Translations under genes and position numbers: made by a program
Part shown: one piece after another, positions 53,704-64,000 of the stretch
How positions within the stretch are numbered: position 1 is the stretch's first letter
Layout of the letters: each line of letters opens with the position of its first letter
Source of the DNA: Octopus sinensis
Lineage: Eukaryota
DNA: 64,000 bases
Reading direction: 5' to 3'
Assembly: GCF_006345805.1 (NCBI RefSeq)
Contig: NC_042998.1
Span: 34,286,001 to 34,350,000, forward strand
Notes under the pieces: generated by a model
The model's input: only the letters and a program-made list of their open reading frames with translations
The model's database searches: none
What the model was told of the DNA's origin: nothing

Positions 53704-54903
53704 GGTATAGAGGGCACGGACACAGGTGTCTTGCTGTAGAGTAGATATATGGGTACCCCAGTTGGAAATTAGTATTCTGACATCATTGCAGTTTTACAGC
53801 AGATTTTCACTATGCCTGCATCTTACCTGCTTTCGCCAGTCTTCTTGGCTTTGTGCTAATTCAAAATTGGTACGTAGATCTTTCGTATTGTTGTTTATGT
53901 ATAATTTCTTTGGACGATCCTGGAAGCACCTAAAAGCGCTGTACTTTTGGCTATGGCTACAAATCTTTATTCACATACAGCTGCAAAGCAAATCAGCATC
54001 GTATTTTTAACTGGCAACCTCTTTAAACATCAAAGGAACCAAGGTGGTATTTTAGCTTTGGTAAGTGCTTTCTGGTTGAAATTATTTTATGAAATTATCA
54101 GACATTTAACTTCAGTTCTTTGTAATGAACTACTTTTTACCAAAATCAACTTTTTTATGCTTGAAATGGCAGGAAGACTTAACAATCGTACAAAGACTGG
54201 AGTCAATGCAATTCAGATGGGAAAAGACTTATGTGCATTAAGTCTATCATTTTATTATGAAATGTAATAATTTAGTAATAAAGAAAAAAACAAAAGATCA
54301 AAATATTAATTTGCTCTTAAAACTTGATTCATGAATTATGTTTTCATAAGAGAAATAACATTTCTATAACCAGTTGATATTTGTATGAAGTGGACCTTCT
54401 CAGCAAGGAAAGCAGCATTCGAATAATTACTCTGATGTATTGCCTCAGCAATTATGAACAATTTCATTAAAATTAAAGAAATTTAAAAAATTATGTTTTA
54501 AGTGAACTAAAAGCTTTTTAATGATTGAAATGAAGTTAATATTCTGCTGGGTATATCTGAAAAGAAAACAAGAAAAAAAAACTGCAATATTTCATTACGT
54601 GTTTGACCTAAATTTTATTTCATTTCAAACCCTTGATGCAAATCTATTCTTATTTAAGTGTCTTGGGAAGTTGGCTCTTAATAAATGTGTCATTTTACTG
54701 TGACGAAAATTTCAAATTAGATTGCCTTATAGAGAATTACGTTATCCAAAATCTCATCAGCTTTAGTATTTCAAGTGAATAATTTCTGTGAATGACGTTT
54801 AGGAATGCTACACGTGTATAATTGTGTACTTGCCCTCTCTTGGAGGCTTTACAAGCAAGGAGTTACTATTTTGATAATTTTGACTCAATATTTTAGTGGC
54901 AGA

Positions 54904-55345
54904 AGGCGGTGAGCTGGCAGAAATGTTAGCAATCCAGGCGAAAGGCTTAGTGGTATTTCGTCTGCCGCTACGTTCTGAGTTCAAATTCCGCCGAGGCCGA
55001 CTTTGCCTTTCATCCTTTCGGGGTCGGTAAATTAAGTACCAGTTGTGCACTGGGGTTGACTTAATCGATTGGCCCCCCCCTCCCCCAGAATATTTTTTTA
55101 AGTATGTGTAGAATAAATACCAATTAATATTAGTTTGAAATTTTGGCATCAGGCTGCAATTTTGGGAGAGGGAGTAAATCAATGGCATTGAGCCCCTCCC
55201 CCACCAGTGCATAACTGGTGCTTCTTTCATTGACCCCGAAAGGATGAGAGGCAAAATCAATCTTGATGGAATTTGAACACAGAATGTAAAGACAGACGAA
55301 ATGCCACTAAGCATTTTGTCCAGAAATATTAATGAGTCTGCCAGT
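54904..55345. mobile_element. Convergent pair of SINE family B copies (+ 54904-55090, - 55140-55345)
   Basis: gcctttcatcctttcggggtc in the first, gaccccgaaaggatgagaggc in the second. Confidence 0.8.
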
Positions 55346-55606
55346 TCACATTACCAACAAATACTAATAATAAAATTGTACTACATAAATTGCAAATTGT
55401 TAATATGAAAGCACAGTAGACCGTTTGTTGTTCTCAGTTTGCTAAACAAAGAGAATAGGTATCATGCCATCTTAAGGTTGACTGGTTTGCAAGGAAGAGT
55501 CTTTTACTATAAAGATTCTTTATAGAAACGCATCTTAATTTCAAGACATACTTAACTGATCTTAGTTTTTGACCTTCTTTTCACTTTACTCTTATGCTTT
55601 ACTCAT

Positions 55607-55793
55607 AGGTGGAGGCATGGCTGTGTGGTAAGAAGCCAGCTTCCCAACCACATGGCTCCAGGTTCAATCCCACTGCGTGGCACCTTGTGCAAGTGTCTGC
55701 TACTATAGCCTCGGGCTGACCAAAACCTTGTGAGTGGATTTGGTAGACGGAAACTGACAGAATCCCATCATATATATATATACACACATGCAA

Positions 55794-55824
<31 letters not shown>

Positions 55825-56245
55825 CACACACATAGGGGGAGAAATACCTATATATATGTATATATAGGTACAAGAATGGCTGTGTGATAAGAAGCTTGCT
55901 TCCCAACCACATGGTTCTGGGTTCAGTCCAACTGCATGGTACCTTGGGTAATTGTCTTCTATTATAGTCTCGTGTCTTGTGAGTGGATCTGATAGTCGGG
56001 AACTGAAAGAAACTCGTCGTATATGTGTGTGTGTGTGCGTGTGTCTGTGTTTGCCCCCCACCCCACTCGCTTGACAACTGATGTTGGTGTGTTTACGTAC
56101 CTGTAACTCAGCAGTTCGACAAAACTGACTGATCGAATAAGTACTAGGGTTACAAAGAATAAATCCTGGGGTTGATTTCTTCGACTAAAAGGCAGTGCTC
56201 CAACATGGCCGCAGTCAAATGACTGAAACAAATAAAAGAATAAAA
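55607..56245 (+). mobile_element. Two tandem SINE family A copies
   Basis: heads at ~55607 and ~55866; second copy ends gtcaaatgactgaaacaaataaaagaa. Confidence 0.8.
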
Positions 56246-56261
56246 CAATATATATATATAT

Positions 56262-56562
56262 ATCACGTGACCGACCAGACCATCAGATGTTGTTACACAT
56301 CGCTGGTCACAATGCGTTCGCATTGTTTTAGCCTTCGAATGATGCCACCCCGCTGGCTAAGCGAGCAGGCCAACAGAAGAAAGAGTGGGAGAAAGAGTGG
56401 TGAAAGAGTACAGCAGGGATCACCACCCCCTGCCAGAGCCTCGTGGAGCCTTTAAGTGTCTTCGCTCAATAAACACACACACACAACGCCCGGTGTGGGT
56501 ATCGAAACCGCAATCCTGCGACCGCGAGTCCGCTGCCCTAACCACTAGGCCATTGCGCCTCC
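56262..56562 (-). mobile_element. tRNA-derived SINE family D
   Basis: inverted homologue of 35876-36180. Confidence 0.9.
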
Positions 56563-56733
56563 ACATATATATATATATATATATATATATACTATATTAT
56601 ATTGGAAAAAAATAGATGTTTATGAAATATTTACATAGTCAAACTTATAATAATCCTGGCTAAATAGTGAAATTATTATTATCTCATGCTATCATAAGTT
56701 TTCATTCCATGTTAGTGATGATGATGATGATGA

Positions 56734-56844
<111 letters not shown>

Positions 56845-56849
56845 GAATA

Positions 56850-57460
56850 GCTTTTTATGAAGAATTTTTCATATGAGTTTTGTGCCGTTGGTTTAGAACA
56901 GTAAAGTTTATAAATTCCTCATTGATATTTTAGACCTTTGCAATCTCATCTTCAGGATTGAGTGATGTTGGCACATGTTGCTATCTCTTTATAAAACAAG
57001 TTTCATTGAGACTGGTGTAGATTCCTGCTGAAATTTGAATTTTGATTTTTAGATTCCTATGTAAACTGGCAAATGTTTATTTCTGTTTTTGACAAGTGTA
57101 TATATGTGTGTATATATATGTGTTTGTTCTGGTATTGTTATGAGTATTGCTTCCATCATTAGTTGTCTGTTTTTATGGGAAATTCTGTAGGGCATTGATG
57201 TATTGTCCCACCAATGTTTTCTTATCTAGTTATGCTTTTATGCTGTGTGTGGTGTAGTGCAAAGACTCTTTGTTGTGAGTGTATAGGGAACCAATGAGAA
57301 AGTGTCATACGTTTTTTTGGCCAATATAACGAGTGGAATTTACAACTTTTATATTTGCAATCAAAGTTTATGGATCCCATTTGGGATTTGGAGCTTTCAA
57401 CATGCAATACATTGCTCCAAACCATTAATGTAGTCTAATAAGATACTGAGAAAACACTAA
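56850..57460 (-). mobile_element. Decayed Penelope-like element: GIY-YIG endonuclease remnant plus 3' region
   Basis: across frameshifts: NFDCKYKSCK..YIGQ..RMTLSHWFPIHSQQ...HHTQHKSITR...DNTSMPYRISHKNRQLMMEAILI...KTEINI; fits the PLE GIY-YIG pattern (YIGxT..TLSxR..H...H..NT....RL.I.EA..I...P.IN). Confidence 0.7.
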
Positions 57461-57749
57461 AATTAAGGACTTCTTTATCAGTTACAAAGCACAAGTAGAT
57501 AAACCCATGATGAAGCTTTTAATGACAATGTGGTTTGCAAATTATATGGCAAACAGGAAGATTGTAAATCTTATGAATCCGACCCTTATATTAGCCATAC
57601 ATGTATCATGCTTTCCTGCCAGTTCACCATACACTTAGAACAAGGGGCAATTGCAATGCACATCACTACACAACTCTAAACTGGATGGGAAAACATTAGT
57701 GAATTACACGACAATATTCCACAGAATTCCTCATAAAAATTGATTACAT

Positions 57750-57750
57750 G

Positions 57751-57794
<44 letters not shown>

Positions 57795-58127
57795 TTATGT
57801 GTGTGTGTGTATATATGTGTGTGTGTATATATGTGTGTGTGTGTGTGTGTATATGTGTGTGTTGTGTATATATGTGTGTGTGTGTGTATATATATGTGTG
57901 GTGTGTGTATATATGTGTTGTGTGTGTATATATATGTGTGTGTGTATATATGTGTGTGTGTGTATATGTGTGTGTGTATATATATATGTGTGTGTATATA
58001 TGTTGTGTGTGTGTGTATATATATGTATGTGTGTGTGTGTGTATTATATATATGTGTGTGTGTGTATTATATATATGTATGTGTGTGTGTATTATATATA
58101 TATATTGTGTGTGTATATATATATATT

Positions 58128-58168
<41 letters not shown>

Positions 58169-58170
58169 TA
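57750..58170. repeat. (TG)n/(TA)n mosaic microsatellite
   Basis: direct reading. Confidence 0.95.
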
Positions 58171-58622
58171 CAAAGATGGAAACGGGGTGTATATCTTATT
58201 ATTTTCTTTTATATTGCTGGCAAATATTCCTTCGACAAAATACATTGTTTTGAGGGAGCTTGCTACTGCTGCTGGTCGAGAAAGAATAACAATATCTCTG
58301 TCTACTTAGTTGCTTTTTTGCTAATGGTATTATTATCGTTATAACACGAGGGTGTAATGAGATTGCTCCATGATGTTTGGCAGTGCCGTTAATAGCAGTT
58401 GTTACTGGCAATGTTATTAGAGATAATCTTTTCGTTCATCTTGCAGGGAAAGTATATCTGTCGTGTTTATTGCATATTTCTGCACATTTACATAGGTTCT
58501 CCGTCGTGTACTCTTGTGTTTCTTTGCTCGCCTGCAGCTGTTATTTTGATTAATCTGTTATCTAAGCTGCTTAATAAATTGACACAAGTATAGAATTATC
58601 TGAATTTTTTTCCTGCATTTTT

Positions 58623-59569
58623 TTAACCCTTTTTTTTACCAACCTGGCTGAAACCGGTTCTGGCTCTGAGTACAAATGTCTTGTTTCCATAAGTTTTCAA
58701 TTAAAATCTTTCACCAAACCTTAGTCACAATTTATGTTCCTAAAACTAGCTTAATGATAACCAAGTTATTTTACTAAATTCTTTGTTATGTTTAAAGTAA
58801 TTGAAAGAAACACAGAGTATCTCAACAGAAATGTGGTAACGAAAGGGTTAAAATATAATAGAGAAACAATTCTTAACCCTTTTGATACCAACCCAGCTGA
58901 AACCGGCTCTGGCTCTGAAGTACAAATGTCTTGTTTTCATAAGTTCTGAATTAAAATCTTCCACCAAACCTTAGTCATAATTTATGTTCCTAACACTAGC
59001 TGAATGATAACTAAGTTATTTTACTAAATTTATTGTTATATTTAAAGTAATTGAAAGAAACACTGAGCATCTCAAAATAAATACAGTAATGAAAGGGTCT
59101 AATAGAGAAACAATTCTTAACCCTTTTGATACCAACTCGGCTGAAACTGGCTCTGGCTCTGTGTACAAATGTCTTGTTTTCATAAGTTCTGAATTAAAAT
59201 CTTCCACCAAACCTTAGTCACAATTTATGTTCCTAACACTAGCTTAATGATTGATAACTAAGTTGTTTTAAAGAAACACAGAATATCTCAACAGAAATGT
59301 GGTAATGAAAGGGTTAAAATATATAATAGAGAAATAATTCTTAACCCTTTTGATACCAATCCAGCTGAAACCGGCTCTGGCTCTGAAGTACTAATGTCTT
59401 GTTTCCATAAGTTTTGAATTAAAATCTTCCACCAAACCTTAGTTGCAATTTATGTTCCTAACACTAGCTTAATGATAACTAAGTTACTTTACTAAATTGT
59501 TTGTAATATTTAAAGTAATTGAAAGAAACACAGAGCATTTCAAAATAAATACAGTAACGAAAGGGTTAA
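58623..59569 (+). repeat. Four head-to-tail copies of TTAA-flanked MITE family 1
   Basis: units 58623-58851, 58873-59100, 59117-59317, 59341-59569, each ttaaccctt...gaaagggtt(aa); spacer aatagaga(a)acaattc. Confidence 0.92.
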
Positions 59570-59957
59570 ATGTATTTTTCCTGAAACATTCCCCGAAAAA
59601 GAAATTTACCTCCTCATTTCCTTTCTTCTGTATCTCTATCCCCTTGCTTTCAATGTCTCTCCTTTTCTTTAGGAAATTGCGTTATTATAGGTTGCTTTTA
59701 ATTTGTTAATTAATCTTCCATTTTCATTTTTTTCATTTCATCATCATTTGACCCTTTCCTTTTGATTTTGGAATAATGACCCTCCAATTGAATCTAATGT
59801 TATTCAAATGTAATTATTTAATTATATTTCCATCTTTTAATTGATAGCTAGCAAAATCCGTTCAGAAATTGTAAATGTATTTCTGAGAAAAAAAAATGCA
59901 AAAAAAAAAAAGAAAAATAATAGAAAGAACCTGGCCTAGTCTTCATCACTTTCTCTC

Positions 59958-60158
59958 TCTCTTTTACTCTTTTACTTGTTTCAGTCATTTGACTGCGGCC
60001 ATGCTGGAGCACCGCCTTTAGTCGAGCAAATCGACTCCGGGAATTATTCTTTGTAAGCCCAGTACTTATTCTATCGATGTCTTTTGCTGAACCGCTAAGT
60101 GACAGGGACGTAAACACACCAGCATGCTAGGGGGACAAACACACACACACACGCACAA

Positions 60159-60201
<43 letters not shown>

Positions 60202-60360
60202 CGACAGGCTTCTTTCAGTTTCCGTCTACCAAATCCACTCACAAGGCATTGGTCGGCCCGGGGCTATAGCAGAAGACACTTGCCCAAGATGCCACGCAGT
60301 GGGACTGAACCCGGAACCATGTGATTGGTTAGCAAGCTACTTACCACACAGCCACTCCTG
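59958..60360 (-). mobile_element. SINE family A, young copy
   Basis: near-identical to 50081-50512 with a small internal deletion. Confidence 0.9.
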
Positions 60361-61211
60361 CATTATAAGAACGTCACATTTGTTGCACAAATATTTGTAG
60401 TAATTAATGGCACTGAAATTAATAGCATTTACATATTTTCTTGTGTAGATGACTTAGCTCTTTTATATCGTTGAAGTTGATAGAATTCTCGTGAGTAAAT
60501 AAGCAGCCAAAATATTCAATCCTGTGTGGCTGCATTATCCGAAACTGACGGTCAAATGCAGAGTGTCATTATATTTTAATCTGTATTTGATGTGGCACAG
60601 ATGGTGTGTTTCTCTGTGTGTAATTTGTTGTCATCACCGACACCACCCTTACCATTATCTCCACCACCACCAACACCAACCCCCACCACCACCACCACCA
60701 CTACCACCACCACCATCATCATCACTATAATAAACCACAATAGTAGTAATTATTTTATTGCTGAATAACGGTGAATTAGGTGAATCTATAAAAGTCATAT
60801 ATTTGATAACAGCTTATTAATTGAATACAATCTGTTACGAGACTCTTTGATGCCTTTTGATCAGGTCAAATACATCAGATTTTTTTTCCCCTGCCACACT
60901 GCTCAGGTGGGCATCGTTGGGGCATAAAAGATCCTAACCTCTCAACTCGCTTTCACGCATACATGCATACACACCACATACAGACGCACACAGACACACT
61001 CACGCACATGCACGTGCACACACATTTGAATATTTCAACACTACATCGAACCACTTACTCTTTTACTTGTTTCAGTCATTTGACTGTGGCCATGCTGGAG
61101 CACTGCCTTTTAGTCGAGCAAATCAACCCCAGGACTTATTGTTTGTAAGCCTAGTACTTATTCTATCAGTCTCTTTTGCCAAACTTCTAAGTTATGGGGA
61201 CATAAACACAC

Positions 61212-61247
<36 letters not shown>

Positions 61248-62262
61248 CGACAGGCTTCTTTCAGTTTCCGCCTACCAAATCCACTCACAAGGCATTGGTC
61301 GGCCCGGGGCTATAGCAGAAGACACTTGCCCAAGATGCCACGCAGTGGGACTGAACCCGGAACCATGTGATTGGTTAGCAAGCTACTTACCACACAGCCA
61401 CTCCTGCATTATAAGAACGTCGCATTTGTTGCACAAATATTTGTAGTAATTAATGGCACTGAAATTAATAGCATTTACATATTTTCTTGTGTAGATGACT
61501 TAGCTCTTTTATATCGTTGAAGTTGATAGAATTCTCGTGAGTAAATAAGCAGCCAAAATATTCAATCCTGTGTGGCTGCATTATCCGAAACTGACGGTCA
61601 AATGCAGAGTGTCATTATATTTTAATCTGTATTTGATGTGGCACAGATGGTGTGTTTCTCTGTGTGTAATTTGTTGTCATCACCGACACCACCCTTACCA
61701 TTATCTCCACCACCACCAACACCAACCCCCACCACCACCACCACCACTACCACCACCACCATCATCATCACTATAATAAACCACAATAGTAGTAATTATT
61801 TTATTGCTGAATAACGGTGAATTAGGTGAATCTATAAAAGTCATATATTTGATAACAGCTTATTAATTGAATACAATCTGTTACGAGACTCTTTGATGCC
61901 TTTTGATCAGGTCAAATACATCAGATTTTTTTTCCCCTGCCACACTGCTCAGGTGGGCATCGTTGGGGCATAAAAGATCCTAACCTCTCAACTCGCTTTC
62001 ACGCATACATGCATACACACCACATACAGACGCACACAGACACACTCACGCACATGCACGTGCACACACATTTGAATATTTCAACACTACATCGAACCAC
62101 TTACTCTTTTACTTGTTTCAGTCATTTGACTGTGGCCATGCTGGAGCACTGCCTTTTAGTCGAGCAAATCAACCCCAGGACTTATTGTTTGTAAGCCTAG
62201 TACTTATTCTATCAGTCTCTTTTGCCAAACTTCTAAGTTATGGGGACATAAACACACCACAC
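60171..62262 (+). repeat. Near-identical 1046-bp tandem duplication
   Basis: constant 1046 offset (ORFs 60524/61570, 60963/62009, 61067/62113); few substitutions. Confidence 0.95.
61055..61406 (-). mobile_element. Chimeric SINE family A at the duplication junction
   Basis: left half matches the 62101 copy, right half matches the 59958 copy. Confidence 0.85.
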
Positions 62263-62487
62263 CACCATCAGTTGTCAAGTGATGTTGGGGAAACAAACAC
62301 ACACACACACACATATATGTATATGACAGGATTCTTTCAGTTTCCATCTACCAAATCCACTCACAAGGCTTTGGTCGGCCCGAGGCTATAGCAGAAGACA
62401 CTTGCCCAAGGTGCAACGCAGTGGGAATGAACTTGGAATCATGTGGTTGGTAAGCCAGCTACTTACCACACAGCCAATCTTGCGCCT
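62101..62487 (-). mobile_element. SINE family A
   Basis: full tail-to-head match. Confidence 0.9.
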
Positions 62488-62764
62488 ATTTTTTATTTAT
62501 GTTTTGTTTGACTTTTATGTTTTTCCTGAAACCAAACATTTGAGAGGTTTTATTCTCTGTTGTGTTAAAGAAACATCTCTCTTCTTAACGTTAAATATGA
62601 ATTTAATATGAAATTAAAGATCAGTTATGCCAAAAAAGGAAGTACAGCAGAAATACATTTGCGTACTCAATTACAAAGAAAATTACACAATTCCCTTCAG
62701 ATTTTGGAAGTTTAAATAGTTTGTGTTGCAAAATATAATATCAATATCAATTACTTATAAAGGC

Positions 62765-62975
62765 AGCACATGCTGGCAGAATCGTTACAGCACTGGGAAA
62801 AATCCTTTGCGGCATTTCTTCCAACTCTACATTGTGAGTTCAAATGTTGCTGAGGCCAACTTAATCTTTCCTCTTTTCTGGGTCAATAAAATAGGTACCA
62901 GTTGAACACTGGCGTTCATGGAATTGATTTATGCCCTCCCCAGAAATTGCTGGCCTTGTGCCAAAATTTAAAATC
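62765..62975 (+). mobile_element. SINE family B, older copy
   Basis: ggcagcacatgctggcagaatcgttac...gaaattgctggccttgtgcc. Confidence 0.7.
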
Positions 62976-63453
62976 AATATTGATTACTTATGTAAGGTAA
63001 AATTGTATTTTTTAAATCATTGAACTCCAGCTGGGACATCTTCTTCAAGGTTTTATTTTGATCATATTGATTCCAACATTTATTTCAATCTGCTGCTTAT
63101 TTTATCAATCTCTATTTTTTGAACAGCTAAGTTACACTTTATCACATTGGTTTATTTTCCAGCTGGGGTATCTATGTTTCCACTCTATAGCAAAACACCT
63201 ATAGAGTATCCCCTTTATACCTTAAATCTTTCAACTGGCACCAAGCCACACCCCCATCAAATGTTACCCCCCAACCTCCCAGTTGAGGGGTCTTTGTCTT
63301 GCAATCTACTAGTGATCCTGTTGGTGCTGGTACCACATTAAAAACTCTGGTGATGGTGTCATGTAAAAACCACTGATCCTGGTGCTACATAAAAAGCACT
63401 TAGTACATTCGGTAAAGTGGTTGACGTTAGGAAGGGCATCCAGCTGTAGAAAC

Positions 63454-63917
63454 CAGGGCTGTGGAGTCGGAGAGTCAGAAACAATTAAGGAGTAGCTGGA
63501 GTCAGAGTCAGTAAAACTATACTGACTCTGATTCCCGACTCACAGTGTCTTTATTCTTTAATAGAAACCAGTTATAAGATATAGGCCGACTCAAAGTATA
63601 AGCGTATGCATATGCTTTATGAGATATGTAGACCACAATCACTTGATTACATTAAGAAGAGTCAGAGTCATCGGAAACAATGAAGGGGTAGCTAGAGTCA
63701 GTAAAACTAAACTGACTCTGATTCCGACTCATAATATCTCTATTCTTTAATAGAAACCAATTATAACATATAGGCCTACTCAAAGTATAAGCGTATGCAT
63801 ATGCTTTATGAGATGTGTAGACCGCAATTACTTAATTACATAAAGAGGAGTCGGAGTCGGTGCCAATAGTACAGGAATCGGAGTCAGAGTCGGAAGCAAA
63901 GTTTTTTGTTTCAACTG
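63454..63917. mobile_element. hAT-like non-autonomous element with ~187-bp internal tandem duplication, nested in a family C element
   Basis: left end cagggctgtggagtcgg; flanks gtagaaac / atagaaac; host family C sequence resumes at 63918. Confidence 0.65.
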
Positions 63918-64000
63918 ATAGAAACCATGCCAAAACAGACAATGGAACCTGTGTGCTGCTTTTGGCCTCAACCAGCCCCTGTCAAACCGTCCAACCCATG

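Noticed and set aside
58170-58620. Possible second Penelope GIY-YIG tail on the - strand (NTTDILSLQDERK..LPNIMEQ)
   Set aside because: Key YIG and EA motifs not recoverable; too weak to call
59589-59612. FPEKEIYL, resembling FTEKEI
   Set aside because: No AG acceptor or donor at the required positions
60524-61776. Duplicated 68-aa His/Pro-rich ORFs
   Set aside because: They come from a (CAC)n tract inside the tandem duplication; no coding evidence
62625-62655. AG followed by (F)MPKKEVQQKY, resembling NCS1 exon 2 FTEKEVQQW
   Set aside because: No pyrimidine tract, wrong spacing, no Trp codon start and no GT donor after ~25 nt

Overview
This is AT-rich, microsatellite- and retroposon-dense animal genomic DNA. 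The SINE families, huge (TA)n/(TATG)n tracts and the one recognisable protein suggest a coleoid cephalopod such as Octopus (inference, not verified). The only host coding sequence I can support is the first coding exon (5755-5818, +; MGKRNSKLKPDEIEELRTKTY + phase-1 GTAAGT donor) of a neuronal calcium sensor-1/frequenin-type gene. I found no later exon, so the remaining ~58 kb is probably one very large intron. It holds dozens of SINE copies in about five families, CR1-type and other LINE 3' ends, a decayed Penelope-like GIY-YIG element, and TTAA-flanked, hAT-like and mariner-like MITEs. It also has a ~6.2 kb degenerate (TA)n array, a four-copy MITE array and a near-identical 1046-bp tandem duplication. 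The most interesting signals are a palindromic tRNA-headed element carrying hammerhead-ribozyme motifs (~40.4-40.9 kb), other hammerhead remnants, a ~110-nt hairpin just inside the intron, a palindromic array upstream of the ATG, a uORF cluster and a candidate poison microexon. Nearly all ORFs in the supplied track are microsatellite translation artefacts. Repeat coordinates are read by eye and approximate to a few bases, and family letters A-E are my own labels.
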